64,000 nt of DNA from the human T2T-CHM13v2.0 reference genome, Homo sapiens. Positions 52,132 through 64,000 of this stretch are shown here, piece by piece. The position numbers and the translations under genes are program-made. The notes below the pieces were generated by a model that was given only the letters and a program-made list of their open reading frames with translations, did not search any database and was not told the DNA's origin. Location: the NCBI RefSeq assembly GCF_009914755.1, contig NC_060945.1; one strand, 5' to 3'. How positions within the stretch are numbered: the stretch's first letter is position 1; every line of letters begins with the position of its first letter.

Positions 52132-55100
52132 GGAGCAAGATGACAGAAAAGAAAGCTCCACCAATTGACCGCACACACCCTTGCAAGAACAGCAAGTTAA
52201 TAAGTGTCTTTAGAGAAAAAAACACCTTTCTAAGAACCAGCGATCAGATGAGCACTCACAGTACCTGGTTTTCACATCATATAGCAGAAAGAGGCACTGA
52301 AGAGATAGAAAAAGCTGTCCTAAACCACTGATGTCACCCTTATGTAACCCCCGGCAGTGGCAAAGTGATGCAGACAGCATCTCTGGGTGATGGGGGAAGA
52401 ACACAGCAATTGTGAGCCATTGAACTCAGTGCTGTACTATTAGAGAAGAAAGGAAATCCGAACCAAACTTAGTCGATGTTAGCCCACAGAGGGAGCATTT
52501 AAACTAGCCTGAGCCAGAAGAGAATCACTGACCCCAGCATTCTGAACTTGAGTGCCTGAAAACCTCACCACTGAGAGCTACAGCACTCAGTGTAGCTGAG
52601 TAACTCCAGGTAAACTTGAAAGGCAGTCTAGTCCATAAGGACTGCAACTCTTGGGCGAGTCCTAATGCTGAACTAGGCCCAGAGGCAGTGAACTGAGTGG
52701 GCATAGAACATACTGAGACACCAGCTGGGGCAGCTAAGGGAGTGCTGGCGTCCCCCCACCCATAATCCAGGCTGCACAGCTCAAGGTTCGAAGAGAGACC
52801 CCTTCCTTCCAGTTGAGGAGAAGAGAAGGAAGAGTGGGGAGGACTTTGTCTTGCATCTGGGATAGCAGCTCAGCCACAACATGATAAGGCACCAGCCAGA
52901 GTTGTTAGGCCCCTGTTCCAGGAACTAGCTCCCAAATGACATTTCTAGGCACACCCTGGGCCACAAGAGGACCAGACACATTGAAGGAAAGGACTCAGTC
53001 GTGGCAATAGTTATCACCTGCTAACTGAAGAGCCCTTGGACCCTGAATAATCAGCAGAAAGTCCCAGGTACTATATTGAGGTCTCAGGTGAACCTCTGAG
53101 ACTTGCTGGCTTCAGGTAAGACTCAGGATATTACCAGCTATTGTTTTGTGAGAAACTCCTTCTGCTTGCAAAAAGCAGAGGGAAAAGTAAAGGGACTCTG
53201 TCTTTCATTTTAGGTACCAGCACAGCCACAGGGGGGTAGAGCACAAAGCAGGCTCTAAGGGTCTCCTATTCCAGGACTTGCCTCTTGGATGGCATTTCTA
53301 GACCTGCCCTGGACCAGAGGGGAGCCCACTTCCCCGAAGAGAGTCCAGGCAGCATTTACAACAAGCTGACTTAAGAGACCTTGGGCCTTATGGGAACATT
53401 GGCAGTAGTCTGGCAGTACTCCCTGTGACTTGGGGTGGTAGTGCCTACAGAGTGAAACTCCTCTGCCTTTGGAAAGGGGAGGAGATAGTGGGAAGGACTG
53501 CATCTTGTGGTTTGAGTGCCAGATCAGCTGCAATGTGATAGAAGACCAGGTTGACTTCAAAGGTTTTGACTCTAGTTCCTGACCCCCAAATGGCATTTCT
53601 GAATCCACCTGGGGCCTCAGAGATCTCACCACACTGAAGGGAAGAACACAGGCCTGGCTGGAATGGCCGTCTACTCATTGTAGGGGCCAAGGGCCTTGAG
53701 TCAGTACAAGAAGTAGCTGGGGAGTGGTTACAGATCTTGGGCAAGACCCTGTGCTGCGCTGGCTTCAGGTCTGACCCAGCACAGTCATAGTAGTGATAGC
53801 CACAGGGGTGCCAGTGTCACTCCCCCTCTAGCTTTTGGTAGCTCAGAACACAAAGAGAGACTCTGTATGTTTGGGAGAAAGTAACAAAAGAGAACAAGAA
53901 TCTCTGACTGGTAATCCAGGGAGTTCTCCTGGATTCAGTCGAAAATAACCAAGGAGGTGCTTCTACAAGTCTGCAAGAACCACAGTGCTACTGTGCTTGG
54001 GGAGTCCCCTAAAGAAGATTGAGCTTAGATCACAAAACTCAAGTCCTTTCAAATATCTGGAAAGGCTCCCCAAGAGGAACAGCTACAAATAACCCCAGAC
54101 AGTGAAGGCTGCAATAAATACTTAACCTCCTTAATGCCCAGACACTGAAAAACATCTACTAGCATCAGCACCATCCAGGAAAACCTTATCTCACCAAGTA
54201 AACTAAATAAGGCACCAGGGACCAATCCTGGAGAAACAGAGACGTGACCTTTCAGAGAATTCAAAATAGATGTGTTGAGGAAACTCAGATAAATTCAGGA
54301 TAACACAGAGAAGGAATTCAGAATTCTATTCAGTAAATTAACTAAGAGATTAAAATGATTAAAAAGAATCAAGCAGAAATTCTGGAGCTCAAAAATGCAT
54401 TTGACATACTGAAGAATGCATCAAAGTCCTTTAATAGCAGAATTGATCAAGCAGAAGAATTAGTGACCTTCAAGACAGGCTATTGAAAATGCATGGTCAG
54501 AGAAGACAAAAGAAGAAAGAATAAAAAACAGGGAAGCACACCTATGGGATCTAGAATATAGCCTCTGAAGGGCAAATCTAAGAATTATTCGCCTTCAGGA
54601 GAAGGTAGAGAAAGCGATAGGAGTAAAAAGTTTATTCAAAGCGAAAATAACAGAGAACTTTTCAAACCTAGAGAAAGATATCAACATGCAAGTACAAGAA
54701 GGTTATAGAACACTAAGCAGATTTAACCCAAAGAAGACTATCTTAAGGTATTTAATAATCAGACTCCCAAAGGTCAAGGATAAACAAAGAATTCTAAAAG
54801 CAGCAAGAGAAAAGAAACAAGTAACATACAATCAGAAAAGAAACATATAACTTAAGATTACGTTTATGTCATTTGTTTCCTTTCTCTTGCTGCTTTTAGC
54901 TCTAATATGTCTGGCAGCAGACATTTCAGTGGAAGCCTTACAGGCCGGGAGAGAGTGGCATGACACATTTATCATGCTCAAGGAAAATAACTTTTACCCT
55001 AAAATAGTATATCTGGTGAAAATATCCTTGAAACATGTAGGAGAAATAAAGACTTTTCCAGACAAACAAAAGCCGAGAGATTTCATCAATATCAGACCTG

Positions 55101-58100
55101 TCCTATAAGAAATGTTAAAGTGAGTACTTCAATCAGAAAGAAAATGACATTAATGAGTAATAAATAATCACCTGAATGTACGAAACTTACTGGTAACAGT
55201 AAGTACACAGAAAAACACAGAACATTATAACACAGTAACTGTGGTGTGTAAACTACTTTTATCCTAAGGAGGAAGATTAAATGATGAACCAATAAAAATA
55301 ATAACTATAGCAATTTTTCAAGACATAGTCAGTACAATAAGATATAAATAGAAACAACAAAAAGTTACAAAACAGGAGGATGAAGTTAAGACATAGAGTT
55401 ATTCATTTTCTTTTTGCTTGTTTATACAAATAGCATTGTTGTTATCAGGTTAAAGTAATGGGTTATAAGATAGCATTTCCAAGCCTCTTGGTAACCTCAA
55501 ACCAAAAAACATACAATGGATACACAAAAAATAAAAAGCAAGAAGCTACATTATATCACCAGAGAGAAAGTTATTTTCACTAGTGCAAAACAGGAAGGAA
55601 AGAAAAAAGGAAGAGAAGATCATAAAACAACCAGGAAACAGACAACAAAATGGCAAGAGTAATTCCTTACTTATCAATAATAACATTGAGTGTAAGTAAA
55701 TATACTAAACTCTTCAATAAAAAGATATAGCATGGCTGAATGGATAAAAAACAAGACCCTTTGGTCTGTTTCCTACAACAAACACACTTCACCTATAAAG
55801 AAACATATAGACCGAAAATAACGGGATAGGAGAAGATCTTCCATGCCATTGAAACCAAAAAACAACAGGAGTGACTATACTTATATAAGACAAAATAGAT
55901 TTCAAGACAAAAACTATAAGAAGAGACAAAGAAGGTCACGATTTAATGATGAAGGGATCTATTCAGCAAGAAGATATAACAATTTTAAATATATATGCAT
56001 CCAACATGGGAGCACCCAGATATATACAGGAAATATTATTAGAGCTAAAGAGAGAGATAATTCCTGATACAATAATAGTTGGAGACTACAACACCTCACT
56101 TTCAGCATTGGACAGATCTTCCAGATGGAAAATCAACAAAGAAACATTAGACTTAATCTGCACTATAGATCAAATGGATCTAATAAATATTTAAGGAACA
56201 TTTTATTTAAGAGCTGACAAATAAACATTTTTTCCTCAGCAAATAGATCATTCTCAAGGATAGACCCTATGTTAGGTCACAAAACAAATCCTAAAACATT
56301 TAAAAATTGAAATAATATTAAGCATCTTCTGTGACAACAATGGAATAAAAATAGAAACTAATAACAAGAGTAATTTGGGAAACTATACAAGTACATGGAA
56401 ATTAAACCATATGCTCCTAATGACCAATGGGCCAATGAATAAATTAATAAAGAAATTGAAAAGTTTCTTGGAACAAATGATAATGGGAACAAAACATACC
56501 AAAACCTATGGGATGCAGCAAAATAAGTACTAAGAGGGAAGTTTATAGCTATAAGTGCCTACATCAAAAAAGAGGAAAAACTTCAAATAAACAATCTAAT
56601 GTTTCATCTTAAAGAACTAGAAAAGAAAGAGCAAAACAAACCCAAAATTAGTAGCAGAAAAGATGAGAACAGAAATAAATGAAATTGAAATAAAAAAATA
56701 CAAAAGATCAATGAAACAAAAAGTTGGTTTTTTAAAAAGTTAAACAAAATTGACAAACTTTCAGCCAGACTGAGAAAAAAGAGAGAAGATCCTAAGAAAA
56801 AGGACAGAAGATCCAAATAAATAAATAAAGTCAGAAATGAAAAAAAGAGACATTACAACGGATATGGCAGAAATTCAAAGGATCATTAGTGGCTACTATG
56901 AGCAACTCTGTGCCAATAAATTGGAAACTCTAGAAGAAATGGAGAAATTTGTAGATACATACAACCTACCAAGATTGAACTTGTGAGAAATTCAAATCCT
57001 GAACAGACCAATAACAAGTAACAAGACCGAAGCTGGAATAAAAAGTCTCCCATTAAAAAAAAAAAAGCCCTGGACCTGACAGCTTTACCTCTGAATTCTA
57101 CCAGACATTTAAAGAAGAATTAATACCAATCCCACTCAAACTCTTCTCAAAGATAGAGGATGAGGAAATAATTCCAAACTCATCCTATGAGGCCAGTATT
57201 ATAATATATTAAAACCAGACAAAAGACACATCAGTAAAAGAAAACTACAGGCCAATATCACTCATGAATATTGATGCAAAAATCAACAAAATAGTAGGAA
57301 ATTGAATGCAACAATACATTAGAAAGATCTTTCATCATGACCAAGTGAGATTTATCCCTGGGATGCAAGGATAGTTCATCATACATAAATCAATCAATGT
57401 GATACATTATATCAGCAGAATGAAGAATAAAAACCATAGGATCATTTCAATTGATGCTGAAAAAGAATTTAATAAAATTCAGCATCCCTTCATGATAAAA
57501 ATTCTCAAAAAAACTGGGAACAGAAGAAACATACTTCAACAACATTAAAGCCGTATATGACAGACCCAAGATAGTATCATACTGAATAGGGAAAAACTGA
57601 AAACCTTTCCTCTATGATCTGGTACACAACAAGAATTCCTACCATCGCCACTGTTATTCAGCATAACACTGGAAGTCCTAGCTAGAGCAATCAGACAGGA
57701 GAAGGCTATAAAGAACATCCACATTGCAAAGGAAGAAGTCAAATTATCCTTGTTTATAGATGATAGGATCTTATATTTGGAAAAACGTAAATTCTCCACA
57801 GGAAAACTACTGGAACTGATAAAAGGAATTTAGCAAAGTTTCAAGATACAAAATATACAAACCAAAATCTGTACTTTTTGTTTTGTTTTTGAGACAGGGT
57901 CTTACTCTGTTGCCCAGGCTGGAGTACAGTAGCCATTTTGGCTTACTGCAGCCTTGATTTCCCAGGCTAAAGTGACCCTCACACCACCTTAGCCTCCCAG
58001 GCAGCTGAGACTACAGGTGTGCACCACCATACCCAGCTTTTATATATATATGTATTTTTATTTTATTTTATTTTATTTTATTTTATTTTATTTTATTTTA

Positions 58101-60202
58101 TTTATTTTTCTTTGTAGAGATGAGATTCCACCATGTTGCCCAGGCTGGTCTCAAACTCCTGAGGTCAAGTGATTCACCTGCTGTGGCCTCCCAAAGTGCT
58201 AAGATTACAGGTGTGTGCCATCATGCCTGGCCAAAATCTGTACCATTTCTACATGCCAACAGTGAACATTATGAAAGAGAACTAAAGCAATGCAGTCCCA
58301 TTTACAATAGCCACATGTAAAGTGAAATAGATAGGAATTAACCAAAGGAATAAAACATTTCTATAATGAAAAGTATAAAATACTGATAAAATAAATGTAA
58401 GAGGACACTGAAAGGTGGAAAAATAGTCCATGTTCATGGATTGGAAGAATCAGTATTGTTGACATGTTCATACTACCTGAAACAATCTACAGATTTAATG
58501 CAATATCTATAAAAATATCAATGACATTCTTCACAGAAATAGAAAAAACAGTCCTAAAATTTATACGGAACAACAAATACCCAGAAAATCCAAAGCTATC
58601 CTGAGCAAAAAGAACAAAACTGGGACAATTTTGTTACCTGACTTCAAATTATACTACAGAGCTATAGTAACCAAAACAGCATGGTGCTGACATAAAAACA
58701 AACAGATAAGCACATAGACCAATGGAACAGAATAGAGAACCCAGAAGCAAATTTACACACCTAGAGTAAGTCACTCTTGACAAAGGTGCCAAGAACATAC
58801 ACTGGGAAAAGACAGTATCTTCAATAAATTGTCCTAGGAAAACTGGATATCTGTATGCAGAAGAATAAAACTAGACCCCTATCTAACACCATTAAAAAAT
58901 ACAATCAAAATGGATTAAAGACTTAAATCTAAGACCTCAAACTATGAAACTACTACAGGAAAAATTTGGAGAAAATCTCCATGACATTGGTCTGGGCAAA
59001 GATTTCTTGAGTTGTGGTCCATAAGCACAGGGAACCAAGGCAAAAATGGAGAAATAGGAAAACATTAAGTTAAAAAGCTTCTGAACAGTAAAGGATATAG
59101 TCAACAAAGTGAAGATACAACCCACAGAATGGGAGAAAATATTTGCAAATTCCCAATCTGACAAGGAATTAACAACCAGAAAATATATGAAGCACAAACA
59201 ACTCTATAGGAAAAAAAAATTTAATAATGAAAATTAAGCAAAAGATTTGAATAGGCATTTCCAAAAGAAGACATACAAATGGCAAACAGGCATATGAAAA
59301 AACGCTTAAGGTTATTGATTATCACAGAAATGCAAATCAAAACTACAATGAGATATCATCTCACCCCAGTTAAAATGACTGTTATTCAAAAGACAGGCAA
59401 TAACAAATGTTGACGAGGATGTGGAGTAAATGGAACCCTTGTACACCATTGTTGGGGTTGTAAATGAGTATAATCACTATGGAGAGCAGTTTGGAGGTTT
59501 CTCAGAAAACTGAAAATTGAGTTACCACCTGATGCAGCAATCCCACTGCTGGGTATATGCCCAAAAGAAAGGAAATCAGTGTATTGAAGAGATATCTACA
59601 CTCCTGTGTTTTTTGCAGTACTGTCTACAAAGGCTATGATTTGGAAGCAACCTCAGTGTCTATCAACAGATGAATGAATAAAAACAATGAAGTAATATTC
59701 AGCCATAAAAATAGAATGATATCCAGTCATTTGCAACGACTTCAATGGAACTGGAGACCATTATGTTAAGTGAAATCAGTTAGGCACAGAAAGAGAAACA
59801 TTGCATGTTCTGACTTATCTGTGGTATGTAAAAATCAAAACAGTTAAACTCATGGACATAGAGAGTAGTAGAAGGATGGGTTACCAGAAGCTGGGAAGGG
59901 TAGTGGGGGGTTGGAGGAGAGGTGGGGATGGTTAATGGGTACAAAAAAATAGTGAGAAAGAATGAATAAGACCTACAATTTGATAGCACAAAAGGGTGAC
60001 TATAGTCAATAAGACCTTAATTGTACATTTTAAAATAACTTAAAGAGTATATTTGGATTGTTTGTAACTCAAAAGATAAATGCTTGAGAAGATGAATGCC
60101 CCATTTGCCATGATGTGTTTATTTCACATTGCATGCCTGTATCAAAACATCTCATATAACCCATAAATATATACACCTACTGTGTACCCACAAAAATTTT
60201 TT
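52132..60202 (+). mobile_element. Full-length, inactivated L1MA1-3
   Basis: Starts ggagcaagatg; 5' UTR, ORF1, ORF2 and 3' end (cacctactgtgtacccacaaaa) all present; degenerate TSD aaaattccttggta / aaaaatcactggta. Confidence 0.88.
57875..58232 (-). mobile_element. AluJ inside L1 ORF2, linker expanded to (TA)n/(TTTTA)n
   Basis: TSD aaaatctgtac at 57864-57874 and 58233-58243. Confidence 0.9.
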
Positions 60203-61392
60203 AAAAATCACTGGTACCGGTAAATAAATCATCAAATAAAGAACACTGTAATACTGTAATGATGGAGTGTAGATCAATTTTATCTCCAATATAAGATTAG
60301 AAGATGAAACTACTAGAAATGACCATAGCTGCAATAATTTGGTAAGGGATACATAACATAAAAAATGTAAATTTTAACATAATAAATATAAAGTATGAAA
60401 GGAGATTAAAAGTATAGAGTTTATGTGATTGAACTTATTACCAGCATAAAATAGACTGTTATAACTATAAAATGTTTTATGCAAGCCTCATGGTAACCAC
60501 AAAAAAAAAACAACTAAAGTAGATATACAAATGATTAAGGAAAAGGATTACAAAAATAGCAACACATGAAATCATCAAATCACAAAGAAATATAGCAGGA
60601 GAGGAAGAAACAAAGTATATACAAAGCAACAAGACACAATTAACAAGTGACAGCAGTAAGTTCTTACCAACTGATAATTACCTTATATGTAAATTGATTG
60701 AATTATCCAACAAAACACAGAATGACCAAATGGTTTAAATAAAAACACACCCAACTGTACGCTTCCTACAAGAGATTTACTTTAATCTTAAAGACATACG
60801 TAGGCTCAATGTTAAGGTATGGAAAAATATATTTCATGAAAAATGATAACCAAAAGGTGGCTATAATTACATTAGACAAAATAGACTTTAAGTTAAAAAC
60901 TGTCACAAGAGACAAAGAAGAACATTATATGATAATAAAGGTGTCAATTCATCAAGAGGATATAACAATTGTAAATAAATATGCCCCCATAAGTGGAGCA
61001 CCTGAATATATAAAGCAAATCTTAACAGATCTGAAGGAAGAAATAGACAGCAATGCAATGACAGTAGGGGACTTCAATATCTTACTATCAACAATGGATA
61101 GATCACCCAGACAGAAAATCAATAAGGGAATATTGGACTTGACATACAGTTTAGAAAAATTGGACATAATAGAGGTATACCACACCTTCCACCCGATATT
61201 AGCAGAATGCACATTCTTCTCAAGCACACATGAAACATTCTCCAGGATAGACATGTTAGCCACAAAACAAATGTTAGCAAATTTGTTTTTTAAAGAAGAA
61301 ATTTAAGAAGATTGAAGTCATGTCAAGTGTCTTTTCTGACCATATTGGTATGTAACTGAAATCAGTAACAAGAGGAAAACCAGAAAATTCAC

Positions 61393-61759
61393 TGTATCAG
61401 TCCCTTTTCACACTGCTATAAAGATACTACCTGAGACTGTGTAATTTATAAATAAAGAGGGTTTAACTGACTTACAGTTCCACATGGCTGGGGAGGCCTC
61501 AGGAAACTTACAACAATAGCAGAAGGGAAAGCAGGCATGTCTTACATGGTGGCAGGCAAGAGCAAAAGAGCACAGAGAAAACTGCCACTTATAAAACCAT
61601 CAGATCTAGTGAGAACTTACTGTCATGAGAACAACCTGGAGGAAACCACCCCCATGATCAAATCATCTTCCATCACTTCCCTCCCCTGACATGTGGGAAT
61701 TATAATTCAGATTATAATTCCAGATAAGATTTGGGTGGGGACACAGCCAGACCATATCA
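61393..61759 (-). mobile_element. THE1D/MSTA MaLR solo LTR
   Basis: tgtatcagtcc...gggacacagccagaccatatca; TSD ttcac. Confidence 0.88.
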
Positions 61760-61961
61760 TTCACAAATATGTGGGGATTAAACAGCATGCTTCTGAACAA
61801 CCAATGGTTCAAAGATGAAATAGAAAGGAAAATTTGTAGAACTTATGAGACAAAAAAAGATGAAAACACAACATACCAAAAACCTAGGAGATGCAGCAAA
61901 AGCAGTTCTGAGAGGGAAGTTTATAACAGTAATTGTCTACATTAAGAAGTAGGAACATCTA

Positions 61962-62282
<321 letters not shown>

Positions 62283-63636
62283 CTAATGTTATACCTCAAG
62301 GAACTAGAAGAAGAAGAACAAACTAAACTTAAAGTAAGCATGAAAAAGAAAATAATAGCTATCAGAGCAAAAGTAAACCAAAAGAATATAGAAATAGAAA
62401 AATCAATAAAACTAAGAGTTGATTTATTGAACAAATAAAATATATACATACCGTTCTGGACTAAGCCAAAAAAAAAAAAAAGGGAGAAGACTAAATAAAT
62501 AGAATCAGAAATGAATGTGAAGACATTATAATAGATGCCTTAGAAATAAGGATAATTAGAGACAAATATGAGCAATTAATTATATGCCATTAAATTGGAT
62601 AATCTGCAGAAAAAAATAAATTTGTATAAACATACAACCCACCAAAACTGAATCAGGAAAATAATGAGAGCCTAAACAGAGTAATAGCAAATAAAGAGAT
62701 TGATGTGGTAATTAAAAACCTTCCAACAAAGAAAATTCCTGAATCAGATGGCGTAATGGCTGAATTCTAGCAAACATTGAAAAAATTAATATCAGTTCTT
62801 CTCAAACTCTTTCAAAAAATATATAACTTGAGGGAATACTTTCAAACTCATTTTATGAGGCCAGCATTATCCTTATATTAAAGTCAGACAAAAGCGCTAC
62901 AAGAAAAAAAAAGCTTACAAGTCAATATCTCTGATGACCACAGTTGCAAAAATCCTCAGTAAAATCGTAGCAAACCAAATTCAACAACATATTGAAAAGA
63001 TTATACATTATGACCAAGTGGGATTTATCCCTGGTATCTAAGATTGGTTTAACATATTCAAATCAATCAATGCGATATCTCACATTAACAGAATGGAAGA
63101 CAAAACTCATAAGATTATTTTAGTAGATGCAGAAAAAGCATTCGACAAAGTTCGACATCCTTTCTTGATAAAAACTCTCAACAAATACTACCAAGAGCAA
63201 TCGGACAAGAAAAAGAAATGGAAGATATCCAGATTGGAAAAGAAGTAAAATTATTCTATCTGCAGATGACATGATCCTATATGTTGAAAAACCTAAAGGA
63301 CACACACACACACACACACAGACACTTAAAACAGATGAATTCAGTAAATTTACAGGATACAAAATTGACATTCAAAAATGAGTTACATTTCTTTATACCA
63401 GTAATGATCTATCAGAAAAACAAATAAAAAAGATAAAGATAATCCCTTTTACTATAGAATCAAAAAGAATAAAATACTTAGAAATAAGTTTAATCAAAAA
63501 GATGGAAAATCTGTACACTGAAAGCTATTAAACACTAATGAAAGAAATTAAAGACACAAATACATGGAAAGCTATCTCATGTTCATGGGCTGAAAGAATT
63601 AATTCTGTTAAAATGTCCACATTACCCAAAGAACTA

Positions 63637-63948
63637 TAGTTATCCTCAATATCCATGGGGGATTGGTTCCAGGACACCCCGTGTGGATAACAAAATCTCT
63701 GGATTCTCAAGTCCCTTTTATAAAATGTAGTAGTATTTCACATAACCTACACACCTTTTTTAATATTTTAACTCATTTCTAGATTCCTTATAATATCTAA
63801 TACAATGTAAATGACATGAAAATAGTATAGTTGTTATACTGTATTTTTAAAATGTCTTATTTTTTAATGTATTTTCTTCTGAATATTTTTTGATCTGTGG
63901 TTGGTTGAATCTTCAAGTATAGAACCCATAGATACAGTGGGCTGACTA
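63637..63948 (+). mobile_element. MER2 (Tigger-family MITE)
   Basis: atccatgggggattggttccaggac...gaacccatagatacagtgggctgact; TA flanks. Confidence 0.87.
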
Positions 63949-64000
63949 TATACAGATTCAATGCAATGCGTATCAAAATTCCAATGGCATTCTTCACCTA

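Noticed and set aside
52132-60202. Potentially active full-length L1
   Set aside because: ORF1 and ORF2 are broken by many stops and frameshifts and by an AluJ insertion.

Overview
Human (primate) genomic DNA. It contains the complete HSPA13 (STCH) gene on the minus strand, the atypical ER/microsomal HSP70 on chr21q. Five coding exons (15861-15837, 14285-13945, 11154-10941, 8561-8394, 7026-6359) are all bounded by GT-AG and splice to 1416 nt (471 aa plus stop). A ~2.5 kb 3' UTR ends near 3865. The CpG-island promoter carries ZNF143/THAP11, Sp1 and UPRE-type motifs. The ~47 kb upstream is gene-poor and mostly nested transposons: Alu, L1 (one full-length L1MA, one twin-primed L1, one young L1PA), MaLR/ERVL LTRs, MER20/MER2/Tigger4, MIR and L2. 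I found no convincing new gene or new biological system. The best observations are structural: (1) a TSD-flanked left-arm-only Alu whose TSD begins inside the exon 4 splice donor and which forms an inverted pair around the frame-symmetric exon 4; (2) a DUX4-type MLT2A solo LTR antisense in intron 3; (3) alternative polyadenylation that would drop several miR-141/200a, miR-205 and ARE sites; (4) a local templated copy of an LTR-L1 junction later hit by an L1PA; (5) four fold-back templated-insertion scars. Repeat subfamily names come from recalled consensus sequences and need RepeatMasker/Dfam confirmation.
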